Numbered from the stretch's first letter, positions 1 to 8,870 are shown. The stretch is 13,511 nt of DNA from an uncultured Deinococcales bacterium (GCA_964247135.1 CAXTTL010000022.1:1-13511), one strand, 5' to 3'. Numbers and translations: made by a program. Notes: generated by a model not told the origin, from the letters alone.

Positions 1-1
1 C

Positions 2-202
2 TTGACCGAACGTGACCTCGAGGTGTTGCGCTTGGTGGCGCAAGGGCTTGCCAACAAGGTCATTGCGGATCGGCTCGAGATCAGTGAACGCACGGCTCGG
101 ACGCATGTCAGCAACATCCTCGAGAAATTGCATTTGGCGAACCGCACGCAAGCCACGTTGTATGCGATCAAGATGGGCATTGTTCCAAATTCTTCGGGTT
201 AG
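2..202 (+). CDS. NarL/FixJ-family response regulator, C-terminal LuxR-type HTH (5' end outside the window)
   Basis: LTERDLEVLRLVAQGLANKVIADRLEISERTARTHVSNILEKL..NRTQA matches the LuxR HTH consensus (LTxRExEVLxLxAxGxxNxxIAxxLxISxxTVxxHxxxIxxKL). Stop TAG at 200-202. Confidence 0.93.
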   Translation: MTERDLEVLRLVAQGLANKVIADRLEISERTARTHVSNILEKLHLANRTQATLYAIKMGIVPNSSG

Positions 203-822
203 GGGCGAAACGTTTTTTCGCCCGCCCGAATCGGGACAGCCAATCGATTCTCGAGCGGTGAGAGTGGGCAAACCCAGCGCGGGTTGTAGGCGCACGATGG
301 GTTGTAGGCATAGTTGAAATCGATCACCACAGCATCTTGGTCGCGTCCAAGGTCGGCGTGTTTGATCGTGTCGAGCAGGTAGCGCCCGCCGCCGTAAGTG
401 CTTGTACCGTTGGTCGCGTCGCCAAATGGCAGGAACACGCCGCCGCCATAACCGAGCAACCAGTACAGGCTCAACCGACAATCTTGCCCTTCGAGTTTGA
501 ATTGCACTTGCGCAAAGCGCTCGGCGCGAACCAGACCGTCTTCTGGGAGTTCAAACTCGAGCAGGTTTGGCGCGGCGGTTTCAAGCGGCAATTTCAGACG
601 CAGGGCGGGGTCGTAATCAAAATACTCGAGCTTGCCAAAACTGGCTTTTTGCATCTCATCCAGCGCAGATTGCGGATGACTGAAAAACAATTGATCTCGA
701 GCCGTCCGAAATGCTTGCAATGTTTCTCGAGCCTCAAGCCCACGTTGCTGTGCTTCACGAACTTGACAATAAATTTCATTCACCCAAGCGCGGTAATCCC
801 AAAGGTCGGCAAAACGGTTCAT
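199..822 (-). CDS. DUF1684 domain-containing protein (207 aa)
   Basis: Family motifs RDQLF..HPQS, L.YF.YDP, FLPFGDATNGTSTYGGGRYL and DFNYAYNPSCAYNPRWVCPL.P.EN.L...I.AGEK. ATG at 822 is preceded by a GAGGGAGAG SD-like tract (831-840), so it is preferred over the track start at 888. Confidence 0.9.
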   Translation of the reverse strand: MNRFADLWDYRAWVNEIYCQVREAQQRGLEARETLQAFRTARDQLFFSHPQSALDEMQKASFGKLEYFDYDPALRLKLPLETAAPNLLEFELPEDGLVRAERFAQVQFKLEGQDCRLSLYWLLGYGGGVFLPFGDATNGTSTYGGGRYLLDTIKHADLGRDQDAVVIDFNYAYNPSCAYNPRWVCPLSPLENRLAVPIRAGEKTFRP

Positions 823-843
823 GGTTTTATTCTCTCCCTCGAA

Positions 844-861
844 CCTGAGTTTTGACTCAGG
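844..861. promoter_or_regulatory. Perfect 7-bp inverted repeat in the divergent promoter region (possible operator or 5' UTR hairpin)
   Basis: CCTGAGT-TTTG-ACTCAGG between the divergent starts at 822 (-) and 985 (+). Confidence 0.35.
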
Positions 862-984
862 ACAATTGACGTAGCCACCGCCCCGCAATCTGCCGTTGCA
901 GCCTGGCTTGTAAAGGTTCAGGATAAGCGAAGCACTCGGATTCTCTCATGGCTCGAGTCAAGACTTGATTGTTCGGAGGTCATT

Positions 985-1917
985 ATGAAGCGTTTGAATT
1001 TTGGTATGTTCGGGGCAGTTCTGGCAGTGTTGCTGGTCAGTTTGGCGGCGGCACAAAGCAAAGGTACGATCACGGTCGGTTCAAAACTCGATGCCGAAGG
1101 GCATTTGCTCGGCAGCCTGATCGGGTTGAGGCTCGAGCAGGCGGGTTATCAGGTGGTTGACAAAACTGGCACCGGCACGACCACCATCACGCGCAAGGCA
1201 TTGGTCGAGGGTCAGATTGACATTTACCCCGAGTACACCGGCACGGCGATCAATAATTTTTTCAAAGGGCAGAACATCCCAGCAGGCACTTCCAAAAACG
1301 CTGCCAAGTCCTTCAGGACGGTCAAAAGTCTGGACAAGAAATTGAACGACATCGCCTGGTTGGGTCGTGCGCCAGCCAACAACACCTGGGCGATTTGCAC
1401 GCCAAAAACCCTGGCGCAAAAAGAGGGCATCAAATCCCTTGCCGATTTTGCCAGCTATGTCAACAAGGGCGGCATGGTCAAATTGATTGGCTCACAAGAG
1501 TTTCTCGAGCGTGACGATGCGCTCAAATCCTTTCAAAAAGTCTACGGCTTTACCCTGAAGGCAGAGCAAACCCTGGTGCTGGCTGGGGCGACCACCGCCC
1601 AAACAGAATCTGCCGCCGCCAAAGGCACAGACGGCGTGAATTTTGCGATGGCTTACGGCACGGACGGTTCGCTCTCGGCGCTTGGGCTGGTCGTGCTCTC
1701 CGATCCCAAAGGCGCACAACCCATTTACCAACCCGCACCAACCGTGCGCGGCGAGGTCTTGCGCAAGAACCCAGAATTGCCAAGATTGCTCGACCCGATT
1801 TTTGCCACGCTCGACGAGGCAACCTTGCAAAGCTTGAACGTACAAATTGACCTCGAGGGCAAGAACCCAAAAGATGTGGCTCGAGCGTATCTGATGGCAA
1901 AAGGATTTCTGAAATAA
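985..1917 (+). CDS. osmF: Osmoprotectant (glycine betaine/choline-type) ABC transporter substrate-binding protein, OpuAC/OsmF-YehZ family
   Basis: Sec signal peptide (MKR...AAAQ). Motifs VGSK.DAEG.LLG, IDIYPEYTGT, ANNTWAI, EF.ER.D, AMAYGTDG and QPIYQPAP.VR. SD GGAGGT at 975-980. Confidence 0.88.
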   Translation: MKRLNFGMFGAVLAVLLVSLAAAQSKGTITVGSKLDAEGHLLGSLIGLRLEQAGYQVVDKTGTGTTTITRKALVEGQIDIYPEYTGTAINNFFKGQNIPAGTSKNAAKSFRTVKSLDKKLNDIAWLGRAPANNTWAICTPKTLAQKEGIKSLADFASYVNKGGMVKLIGSQEFLERDDALKSFQKVYGFTLKAEQTLVLAGATTAQTESAAAKGTDGVNFAMAYGTDGSLSALGLVVLSDPKGAQPIYQPAPTVRGEVLRKNPELPRLLDPIFATLDEATLQSLNVQIDLEGKNPKDVARAYLMAKGFLK

Positions 1918-1924
1918 GTGGCTT

Positions 1925-1954
1925 GTGGCTCGGGGGACTGATTCCTCGAGCCGC
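1925..1954 (+). terminator. GC-rich stem-loop just after the binding-protein stop codon (terminator-like or mRNA-stabilising)
   Basis: GTGGCTCGGGGGA-CTGA-TTCCTCGAGCCGC forms a 13-bp stem with three G.U pairs. There is no strong U tract, so intrinsic termination is uncertain. Confidence 0.5.
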
Positions 1955-2061
1955 CGTTGGCGTTTATGGGCAGTTTGAAAAAGCGAATCTCAGATGGTTA
2001 ATGGCAAATATACTTGCAGTCAAGCGCTCACTGCACCATCACACCCATGAGGAGAGGCACG

Positions 2062-3501
2062 ATGAATCAATTTGACATCTTGATTGTTGGCGGCGGACAG
2101 GCGGGCATTCCACTGGCGTTTGCGCTCGCCAAGGCAGGCAAGAAAGTGGCTCTCGCCGAACGCAAACTGCTGGGTGGAAGCTGCGTCAACTTTGGTTGCA
2201 CGCCCACCAAAGCCGCCATCGCCAGTGCCAAACTCGCGCATCAAGCCAGACGAGCCAGCGAGTACGGCATTCAAATCTCAAGTGTCGTTGTGGATTTTGC
2301 GGCGGTGATCGAACGCGCCCGCAAGGTTGCTGCCCACTCGAGACAAGGGCATGATGCACGGCTCGAGCCTTCAGAAAACCCAAAATTGCTGCGCGGTCAT
2401 GCGCGATTTGAAAAACGCGAGGACGTAGGCGGTCAAGGCTTTGTGGTACATGTGGGTGATACCACGGTTCTTGCCAAACAGGTCATTATCAACACGGGCA
2501 CGCGCAGTTTGATTCCGCCGATTCCTGGCTTGATGGATGTCGATGTGGTTCATGCGGGCAACTGGCTCGAGTTGACCCAACTGCCCACGCACTTGGCGGT
2601 GATTGGTGGCGGTTACATCGGTCTGGAGATGGCACAATTTTATGCCCGCATGGGTTCAAAAGTCACCGTGCTTCATGCGGGGCAACGCATCGCAGACCGC
2701 GAAGACGAAGATGTCAGCCGCGAACTGGCAAACTTGCTCGAGCGTGAAGGGCTTGAGATTCTGACCAATGTTCACATCAGCCATGTCAGCAACGACGCTG
2801 GAACAATCAGCATTGCTTTTGAACAGGCTGGAAGTGCTCAAACCCTGAATTGCAGCCATGTCTTTGTCGCCACCGGACGCGTCATGAACAGCGATGACCT
2901 GGGTCTGGAAACCGTCGGCGTCAAAGTCTCCAACCGAGGCGCGGTCGAGGTCAATGAACGCCTCGAGACCAACGTGCCTGGAATTTACGCGGCGGGTGAC
3001 ATCACGGGCGGACCACAATTCACGCACGTCGCTTGGGACGATTACCGCGTGCTCGAGTCGCAATTGGTCGGAGATCGATCCTGGACGACCAAGCGCGTTG
3101 TGCCTTATGGCTTGTTCACCGATCCCGAATTGGGACGCGTCGGCATCACCGAACGCGAGGCGAGTGAACGCAACCTCGAGGTTAAAGTCGTGAAATTTGA
3201 GATGATCAAAAACGGCAAAGCCCGAGAGGTGGGCGAAGAGGACGGCTTTATCAAACTGGTGGTGGACGCCAAAACGGATCGTCTGCTGGGGGCGGCGGTG
3301 CTCTCGAGCGAAGGCGCGGAACTGGTTCACACTTACGTCACCCTGATGAATGCCGACGCGCCGTACACCGTGATTCGTGATGCCGTATTCGCCCACCCGA
3401 CCTTGCAGGAAGCCATTCAGAGCGCAACGGCACTCGTGCCAAAAGCCAATCCATTGCCCACGCTCGAAGTTCCCGCTCGAGCATCGCTTGTGGTTCGGTA
3501 A
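2062..3501 (+). CDS. Class I pyridine nucleotide-disulfide oxidoreductase (RclA/MerA/Lpd-like flavoprotein, 479 aa)
   Basis: FAD motif GGGQAG, redox dithiol GGSCVNFGCTPTK, NAD(P) motif GGGYIG, TNVPGIYAAGD, FTDPELGRVG and C-terminal HPTLQE. ATG at 2062 follows GAGGAGAGG. Confidence 0.9.
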   Translation: MNQFDILIVGGGQAGIPLAFALAKAGKKVALAERKLLGGSCVNFGCTPTKAAIASAKLAHQARRASEYGIQISSVVVDFAAVIERARKVAAHSRQGHDARLEPSENPKLLRGHARFEKREDVGGQGFVVHVGDTTVLAKQVIINTGTRSLIPPIPGLMDVDVVHAGNWLELTQLPTHLAVIGGGYIGLEMAQFYARMGSKVTVLHAGQRIADREDEDVSRELANLLEREGLEILTNVHISHVSNDAGTISIAFEQAGSAQTLNCSHVFVATGRVMNSDDLGLETVGVKVSNRGAVEVNERLETNVPGIYAAGDITGGPQFTHVAWDDYRVLESQLVGDRSWTTKRVVPYGLFTDPELGRVGITEREASERNLEVKVVKFEMIKNGKAREVGEEDGFIKLVVDAKTDRLLGAAVLSSEGAELVHTYVTLMNADAPYTVIRDAVFAHPTLQEAIQSATALVPKANPLPTLEVPARASLVVR

Positions 3502-3594
3502 GGTTATGCGTTTTGAAATTCGTAGGGTGAACTTCATAGCTCAACCCAAAAACTCGAGCCTCAGACCAGAAAATGTACTTGACCTCGCCTGAAG

Positions 3595-3755
3595 CCCTCA
3601 CCCGGCTCGTTCCTCGCCACCCTCTCCCGCTTGCGGGAGAAGGAAAAGACTTCGAGCCACGTGTGTAAAAACCTAAACTCCCTTCTCCCGATGTTGGGAG
3701 AAGCGGTTTCGCCCGTCAGGTGCGTCTTGAAACCAAGAAGGGTTGGGGATGAGGG
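3595..3755. repeat. Inverted pair of CCCTCACCC..CCCTCTCCC..GGGAGA-type REP-like palindromic units (BIME/REPIN-like)
   Basis: Unit A 3595-3643 has hairpin TCTCCCGC-TT-GCGGGAGA. Unit B 3680-3755 is oppositely oriented with hairpin CTTCTCCC-GATGTT-GGGAGAAG and tail GGGTTGGGGATGAGGG. The outer ends CCCTCA and TGAGGG are complementary. Confidence 0.8.
3704..3739. mobile_element. 36-38 bp hairpin mini-insertion, copy 1, inside REP-like unit B
   Basis: C-GGTTTC-GCCCGTCAGGTGCGTCTT-GAAACC-AAGAA. Removing it restores a continuous GGGAGAAGGGGTTGGGGATGAGGG arm. It is related to 9213-9250. Confidence 0.65.
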
Positions 3756-3907
3756 AAGACAGCGCAATCGCTGATCTTCATGTCCGACAAAGTCAATTAA
3801 AACTTGAAGCTCGAGCGATCAAATCAAATTGAGCTTTCTCCGTTCGGGACTGGATTTTGGAAGTGATCTGAGCCACAACTTGGGTCTGCCAAAGAGGTGA
3901 ACACTGT

Positions 3908-5974
3908 ATGAACAACAAGTTACAGAAAACCGAAACTCAAACCACTTCATCGGCGCTTCATCCTGCACGCCCAAAATCCAGCCAGATGCCTCAAGTGAAG
4001 CAAGCCGAACCTCAAGCCCTGACGCTCGAGCGCGAGCAAATCAAGCTCGAGGCTGGGTTGAATCAAGAATGGTTGGTGACCAACGGCATTGGTGGTTACG
4101 GCATGGGTTCGCTGGTTGGTGGCAGAACGCGGCATTATCACGGCTTGCTGGTGGCGGCGCTCGAGCCTCCAACGGGGCGTTTTGTGCTGGTGGCGCAGAT
4201 GATCGAACGGGTGACGCTGGCAGATGGACGCTCTGAAAGTTTGCATGTTCAAGAGTGGGGCGGCGGCAGCACCGACCCGCGCGGCGATGTCTGGCTCGAG
4301 TCGTTTAGCCTCGAGGGTACGATTCCAACCTGGCGTTATGTTTTTGGCGAGACGATCCTCGAGAAGCGCCTTTGGATGGTGCATGGCAAGAACACCAGTT
4401 TCGTGACCTACAGTGTGCTGGCGGGTGATGCCATCACGCTCGAGGTGCAACCGCTTTGCACCTACCGCGACCATCATTCGGGGACAAAGGCGGGTGAAAC
4501 CCCGCAGGTCGAGAGGCTCGAGGACGGTCTGGCAATCGAGTTTCCAAATGCCAAACCATACTTTATTCACACCAACTTGGGCGAGCCTGTTGCGGGCGGT
4601 GAGTGGTGGTTCAACGAATTCTTGCGGGTCGAAGCCGAACGCGGTTTTGATGCGCTTGAAGACCTGTATCGTGCTGGCAGTTTTAACGCCACACTCGAGT
4701 CTGGACAAACCCTGGCGCTCGCGCTCTCGAGCGAAACCGATGCCAGTGCCAGCGACTGGCAGGCGCAACTCGAGGCGGAACAAGCCAGGGCAAAAACCTT
4801 GCTCGAGTTGGCAAAAATCAAAACCGAACCCGTTTGGGTGCAACAACTGGTGCTGGCAGCCGACCAGTTTGTGGTGGCTCGAGGCGCGGGTGACACGGTA
4901 ATCGCAGGTTATCCGTGGTTTGGAGACTGGGGGCGCGACACCATGATTGCACTGCCTGGGCTGGCGCTGTCCACCGGACGCCCCGAACTCGCCTCGAGTT
5001 TGCTGCGCACCTTTGGGCATTTTGTGGATCGCGGCATGATCCCCAACCGTTTTCCTGATGTCGGTGAAACACCCGAGTACAACACGGTGGACGCAACCCT
5101 CTGGTATGTTCACGCCCTGCGTGAGCACGTGAAAACAACGGGAGACGAAGGCTTGGTGGACGAACTTTGGGTGACGCTCGAGGCAATTGTGCGCTGGCAT
5201 TTGAACGGCACACGTTACGGCATTGGGGTCGATCCAAGCGACGGTCTGTTGCGGGCGGGCGAGCCTGGGGTGCAACTGACCTGGATGGATGCCAAGATTG
5301 GTGATTGGGTGGTCACGCCGCGCACCGGCAAACCCGTCGAGATCAATGCGCTCTGGTTCAGCGCCCTGCGCACCCTCGAGGCATGGGCGGCATCGCGCAA
5401 GGCGAACCATGATTACGGTGCGTTGGCGGATCGGGTGGGTGATTCGTTTGCGCGGTATTGGAATAAAAACACGAATTACCTCTACGACGTGATCGATGGT
5501 CCTGACGGTGATGATCCGACCATACGCCCCAACGCCGTGATCGCCGCCAGCTTGCAGCATTCGCCGCTCGAGAACCGTTGGCGCAGGGCGGTGGTGGATG
5601 TCGCCACCGCGCAACTCCTCACGCCTTACGGTTTGCGTTCACTCTCGCCAGAAGATTCGCGCTACGCGCCGCAGTACCGTGGTTCGCCCCTCGAGCGCGA
5701 TGCGGTTTACCATCAGGGAACGGTCTGGGCTTGGTTGCTTGGACCTTTTGCCGAAGCCCATTTGCGCACCTACGCCCATCCACTGTCCGCCAGGGCGTTT
5801 CTCGAGCCGATGGCGCAACATCTCTTGCAGGGCGGTCTGGGTTCGATCTCCGAGATTCTTGACGGTGACGCGCCACATACACCTCGAGGTTGTCCGTGGC
5901 AAGCCTGGAGTGTCGCCGAAATACTGCGAGCTTGGAAACTGACCGCACCACGCTCGAGAAGCCGTCAAAGCTGA
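3908..5974 (+). CDS. Glycogen debranching enzyme, archaeal type (GDE_N plus amylo-alpha-1,6-glucosidase domain)
   Basis: EWLVTNGIGGY, TRHYHGLLVAA, IAGYPWFGDWGRDTMI, GMIPNRF, YNTVDATLW, QLTWMDAK, GKPVEINALW, YHQGTVWAWL, SEI.DGD.P, QAWSVAE. SD GAGGTG at 3894-3899. Confidence 0.93.
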   Translation: MNNKLQKTETQTTSSALHPARPKSSQMPQVKQAEPQALTLEREQIKLEAGLNQEWLVTNGIGGYGMGSLVGGRTRHYHGLLVAALEPPTGRFVLVAQMIERVTLADGRSESLHVQEWGGGSTDPRGDVWLESFSLEGTIPTWRYVFGETILEKRLWMVHGKNTSFVTYSVLAGDAITLEVQPLCTYRDHHSGTKAGETPQVERLEDGLAIEFPNAKPYFIHTNLGEPVAGGEWWFNEFLRVEAERGFDALEDLYRAGSFNATLESGQTLALALSSETDASASDWQAQLEAEQARAKTLLELAKIKTEPVWVQQLVLAADQFVVARGAGDTVIAGYPWFGDWGRDTMIALPGLALSTGRPELASSLLRTFGHFVDRGMIPNRFPDVGETPEYNTVDATLWYVHALREHVKTTGDEGLVDELWVTLEAIVRWHLNGTRYGIGVDPSDGLLRAGEPGVQLTWMDAKIGDWVVTPRTGKPVEINALWFSALRTLEAWAASRKANHDYGALADRVGDSFARYWNKNTNYLYDVIDGPDGDDPTIRPNAVIAASLQHSPLENRWRRAVVDVATAQLLTPYGLRSLSPEDSRYAPQYRGSPLERDAVYHQGTVWAWLLGPFAEAHLRTYAHPLSARAFLEPMAQHLLQGGLGSISEILDGDAPHTPRGCPWQAWSVAEILRAWKLTAPRSRSRQS

Positions 5975-6044
5975 GAGCTGAGAACTTACGCGAACAAGAA
6001 AGCGAATCAAAAACTTGAGTCCGATTCTCAAAAATCCTTGTCCT

Positions 6045-6072
6045 GTAGCGGCGCATGGCTATGCGCCGCTAC
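6045..6072. repeat. GTAG-class REP palindrome
   Basis: Perfect 12-bp inverted repeat GTAGCGGCGCAT-GGCT-ATGCGCCGCTAC, starting with the GTAG tetranucleotide, in the spacer between the two glycosidase genes. Confidence 0.75.
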
Positions 6073-6105
6073 GTTGAAACTCACCGCACACCCAGGAGGT
6101 CAATC

Positions 6106-8760
6106 ATGACAAACACCAACACGCCCGAACACGAACGCCTCGAGCAATACCGGCAGCATATTGGTCACTGGAAACGCTGGGGACCGTATTTGTCTGACCG
6201 CGCCTGGGGTACGGTGCGCGAGGATTACAGCGCCAACGGCACGGCTTGGGAGCACTTCCCGCACGATCAGGCTCGCTCGAGGGCGTACCGTTGGAACGAG
6301 GATGGACTCATGGGCATCAGCGACCACAATGGGCGTTTGTGCTTGGCGTTGGCGCTTTGGAATGGGGTTGACCCGATTTTAAAAGAACGGCTTTTTGGTT
6401 TGACGGGCAACGAGGGCAACCACGGCGAGGATGTCAAGGAGCATTATTTCTACCTCGAGAGTACCCCAACCCATTCGTACATGAAGGGTTTGTACAAGTA
6501 CCCGCAAGCCGAATTTCCGTACTCGAGGTTGGTCGAGGAAAACCGCAGGCGCGGTAAATCTGAACCGGAATTTGAATTGTTTGATACTGGAATATTTAAT
6601 GAGCAAAAATATTGGGATGTCGAAATAGAGTACGCCAAAGCCGATTCTGATGACATCCTGATGCGCGTCACGGTGCACAATCGAGGACCCCAAACCGCAC
6701 GGTTGCATGTCCTGCCAACGCTGTGGTTTCGCAACACCTGGTCTTGGGGTTATGAGGGCACAAAGCATCACACCATTCAACATGAAAGTGCTTTTGCGCT
6801 GTCTGCCGATCATCCCGAACTTGGGAAGCGCCATTTGTACTTTGAAGCCGACGCCGACGCCCTGTTCTGCGAGAACGAAACCAACCTGACCAAACTCTAC
6901 AACGTTCCCAACCACTCGAGCACCGCCAAGGACGGCATCAACGACTTGGTGGTTCACGGACGTCTGGACGCCGCCAACCGCATCGACGGCTCGAAAGCCG
7001 CGATCTGGCATCAACTCGAGGTTGCACCAGGCGCGTCCAAAACCGTGCGGGTGCGTTTTTCGGCGGCGGTGCTCGAGCAAGCTTTTCACGATTTCGACAT
7101 GATCTTCGAGCGCCGCAAACTCGAGAGCGACGAATTTTTTGACACCCTCGAACCCGCAGGACTGAACGACGATCAACGCTTGGTACAACGTCAAGCCTTT
7201 GCGGGGATGCTCTGGAGCAAACAATTTTACCATTACAACATCGAACATTGGCTCGAGGGCGATCCAGCCGGACCACCGCCGCCGGAATCACGCAAAAACG
7301 GGCGCAACCGCGACTGGCGGACGCTCAACACCGCCGAGATCATCTCGATGCCGGACTGTTGGGAATACCCCTGGTTTGCCGCCTGGGATTTGGCGTTTCA
7401 CACCATTCCGCTGGCGCTGCTCGACCCAGAATTTGCCAAGAATCAATTGTTGTTATTAACCAAAGAATGGTATCAACACCCCAACGGTCAACTGCCCGCC
7501 TACGAATGGCAGTTTAGCGATGTCAACCCACCCGTTCACGCCTGGGCGGTCTGGCGGGTTTACCAGACCGAACAAGAACACTGGGGTCGCTCCGACCGAG
7601 CCTTCCTCGAGCGTGCTTTTCACAAGCTGCTCTTGAATTTCACATGGTGGGTCAACCGCAAGGACGCGGAAGGTCGCAACGTCTTTCAGGGCGGGTTTCT
7701 CGGGCTGGACAACATCTCGGTCTTTGACCGCTCACAACCCCTGCCCGGAGGCGGACACCTCGAGCAAGCCGATGGCACCGCCTGGATGGGGATGTTCTGT
7801 CTGAACATGCTCAAAATCGCGCTCGAGCTTTCCCGCGATAACCCCGTGTACGAGGACATTGCCACCAAATTCTTCGAGCATTTCTTGTACATTGCCAACA
7901 GTCTCAACCGCCTGGAACTCTGGGACGAAATGGACGAGTTTTACTACGATGTGCTGCGAATGCCCAACGGCAACGCCGAGAAATTACGCGTGCGCAGCAT
8001 GGTCGGACTGATCCCACTGCTCGCCGTCGAAATCCTCGAGCCAGAAGATCTCAAATCTTTTCCGCAATTTACCGCCCGTTTAAACTGGTTTCTCGAGCAT
8101 CGCCCCGACCTCGCCAGCCTGGTCTCCAGATGGATGGAATCTGGCAAAGACGACCGCCACCTGCTCGCCCTGGCACGTGGACACCGAATGAAACGCGTCC
8201 TCGCCCGAATGCTCGACCAGACCGAATTCCTTTCCGATTACGGCATCCGCGCCCTCTCCAGACACCACCTCGAGCATCCTTACGAGGTCAACGCCGAGGG
8301 TCAAAGTTACCGCATCGCCTACGAACCCGCCGAGAGCAGCAGCGGTTTGTTTGGCGGCAATTCCAACTGGCGCGGACCGATCTGGTTTCCGATCAATTAC
8401 CTCTTGATCGAAAGCCTGCAAAAGTTTCACTTGTATTACACCGAGGATTTCAAAATCGAATGCCCAACCGGTTCTGGCGCGTACCTGAGCCTGCTCGAGG
8501 TTGCGGGTGAACTTTCAAAACGTTTGATCGGCATTTTCACCAAAGACCAGCTCGAGCGCCGCGCCGTGTTTGGCGAGAACCAAACCTTTCAAAACGACCC
8601 GCACTGGCAAGACCTGGTGCCGTTTCACGAGTATTTCAATGGGGATAGCGGCAAAGGCGTGGGCGCGTCACACCAGACGGGCTGGACTGGACTGGTGGCA
8701 ACGTTGTTGCACCAGCAAGGGCAGGTTGAAGTGAAAGAGACGCTCGAGAGCATGATTTGA
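6106..8760 (+). CDS. Large GH63-related (MGH1-like, yeast YMR196W-like) glucosidase, 884 aa
   Basis: WKRWGPYLS.R.WGTVREDYS, EGNHGEDVKE, SMPD.WEYPWFAAWDLAFH, GGFLGLDNI, QADGT.WM, GGNSNWRGPIW and F.EYF.GD.G.G.GASHQTGWT. ATG at 6106 follows SD AGGAGGT, so it is preferred over 6055. Confidence 0.9.
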   Translation: MTNTNTPEHERLEQYRQHIGHWKRWGPYLSDRAWGTVREDYSANGTAWEHFPHDQARSRAYRWNEDGLMGISDHNGRLCLALALWNGVDPILKERLFGLTGNEGNHGEDVKEHYFYLESTPTHSYMKGLYKYPQAEFPYSRLVEENRRRGKSEPEFELFDTGIFNEQKYWDVEIEYAKADSDDILMRVTVHNRGPQTARLHVLPTLWFRNTWSWGYEGTKHHTIQHESAFALSADHPELGKRHLYFEADADALFCENETNLTKLYNVPNHSSTAKDGINDLVVHGRLDAANRIDGSKAAIWHQLEVAPGASKTVRVRFSAAVLEQAFHDFDMIFERRKLESDEFFDTLEPAGLNDDQRLVQRQAFAGMLWSKQFYHYNIEHWLEGDPAGPPPPESRKNGRNRDWRTLNTAEIISMPDCWEYPWFAAWDLAFHTIPLALLDPEFAKNQLLLLTKEWYQHPNGQLPAYEWQFSDVNPPVHAWAVWRVYQTEQEHWGRSDRAFLERAFHKLLLNFTWWVNRKDAEGRNVFQGGFLGLDNISVFDRSQPLPGGGHLEQADGTAWMGMFCLNMLKIALELSRDNPVYEDIATKFFEHFLYIANSLNRLELWDEMDEFYYDVLRMPNGNAEKLRVRSMVGLIPLLAVEILEPEDLKSFPQFTARLNWFLEHRPDLASLVSRWMESGKDDRHLLALARGHRMKRVLARMLDQTEFLSDYGIRALSRHHLEHPYEVNAEGQSYRIAYEPAESSSGLFGGNSNWRGPIWFPINYLLIESLQKFHLYYTEDFKIECPTGSGAYLSLLEVAGELSKRLIGIFTKDQLERRAVFGENQTFQNDPHWQDLVPFHEYFNGDSGKGVGASHQTGWTGLVATLLHQQGQVEVKETLESMI

Positions 8761-8870
8761 GACTGAAGTACCGTCAGGGTTTTTTAACCTGCGGTGATGA
8801 ACTCAAAATCTCTACTTCCGCGTTACATCCACAGGGCAAAAAGGCGAAATCTACAGTAATTTTGGTATTG

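Noticed and set aside
1745-1769. TGCGC..GCGCA hairpin followed by AGAA, resembling the mini-insertion tail
   Set aside because: The loop is only 11 nt, and the segment encodes the family-typical P.VR.EVL...P stretch of the binding protein, so it is not an insertion.
3491-3520. Possible third, degenerate copy of the mini-insertion (TGGTTC, 18 nt ending TGCGTTTT, GAAATT)
   Set aside because: The spacing fits, but the stem has only 3 Watson-Crick pairs and both GCCC and the CAAGAA tail are missing. It cannot be told from chance without a genome-wide model.
3704-3739. Hammerhead-like CTGACG..CGAAA on the minus strand of copy 1
   Set aside because: There is no stem II, the core is not CUGANGA, and copy 2 lacks these bases.
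3699-3740. AGAAG direct repeat read as a 5-bp target-site duplication
   Set aside because: The second AGAA belongs to the CAAGAA tail shared with copy 2, and copy 2 shows no duplication. Kept only as possible microhomology.
3947-5614. 555-aa antisense ORF, and similar ones at 2656-3537, 6379-7248 and 337-855
   Set aside because: They lie opposite well-supported genes, have no recognisable motifs, and are the shadow ORFs expected from biased codon usage.
5970-5983. GCTGAGA tandem heptamer, two copies
   Set aside because: Too short to distinguish from chance.
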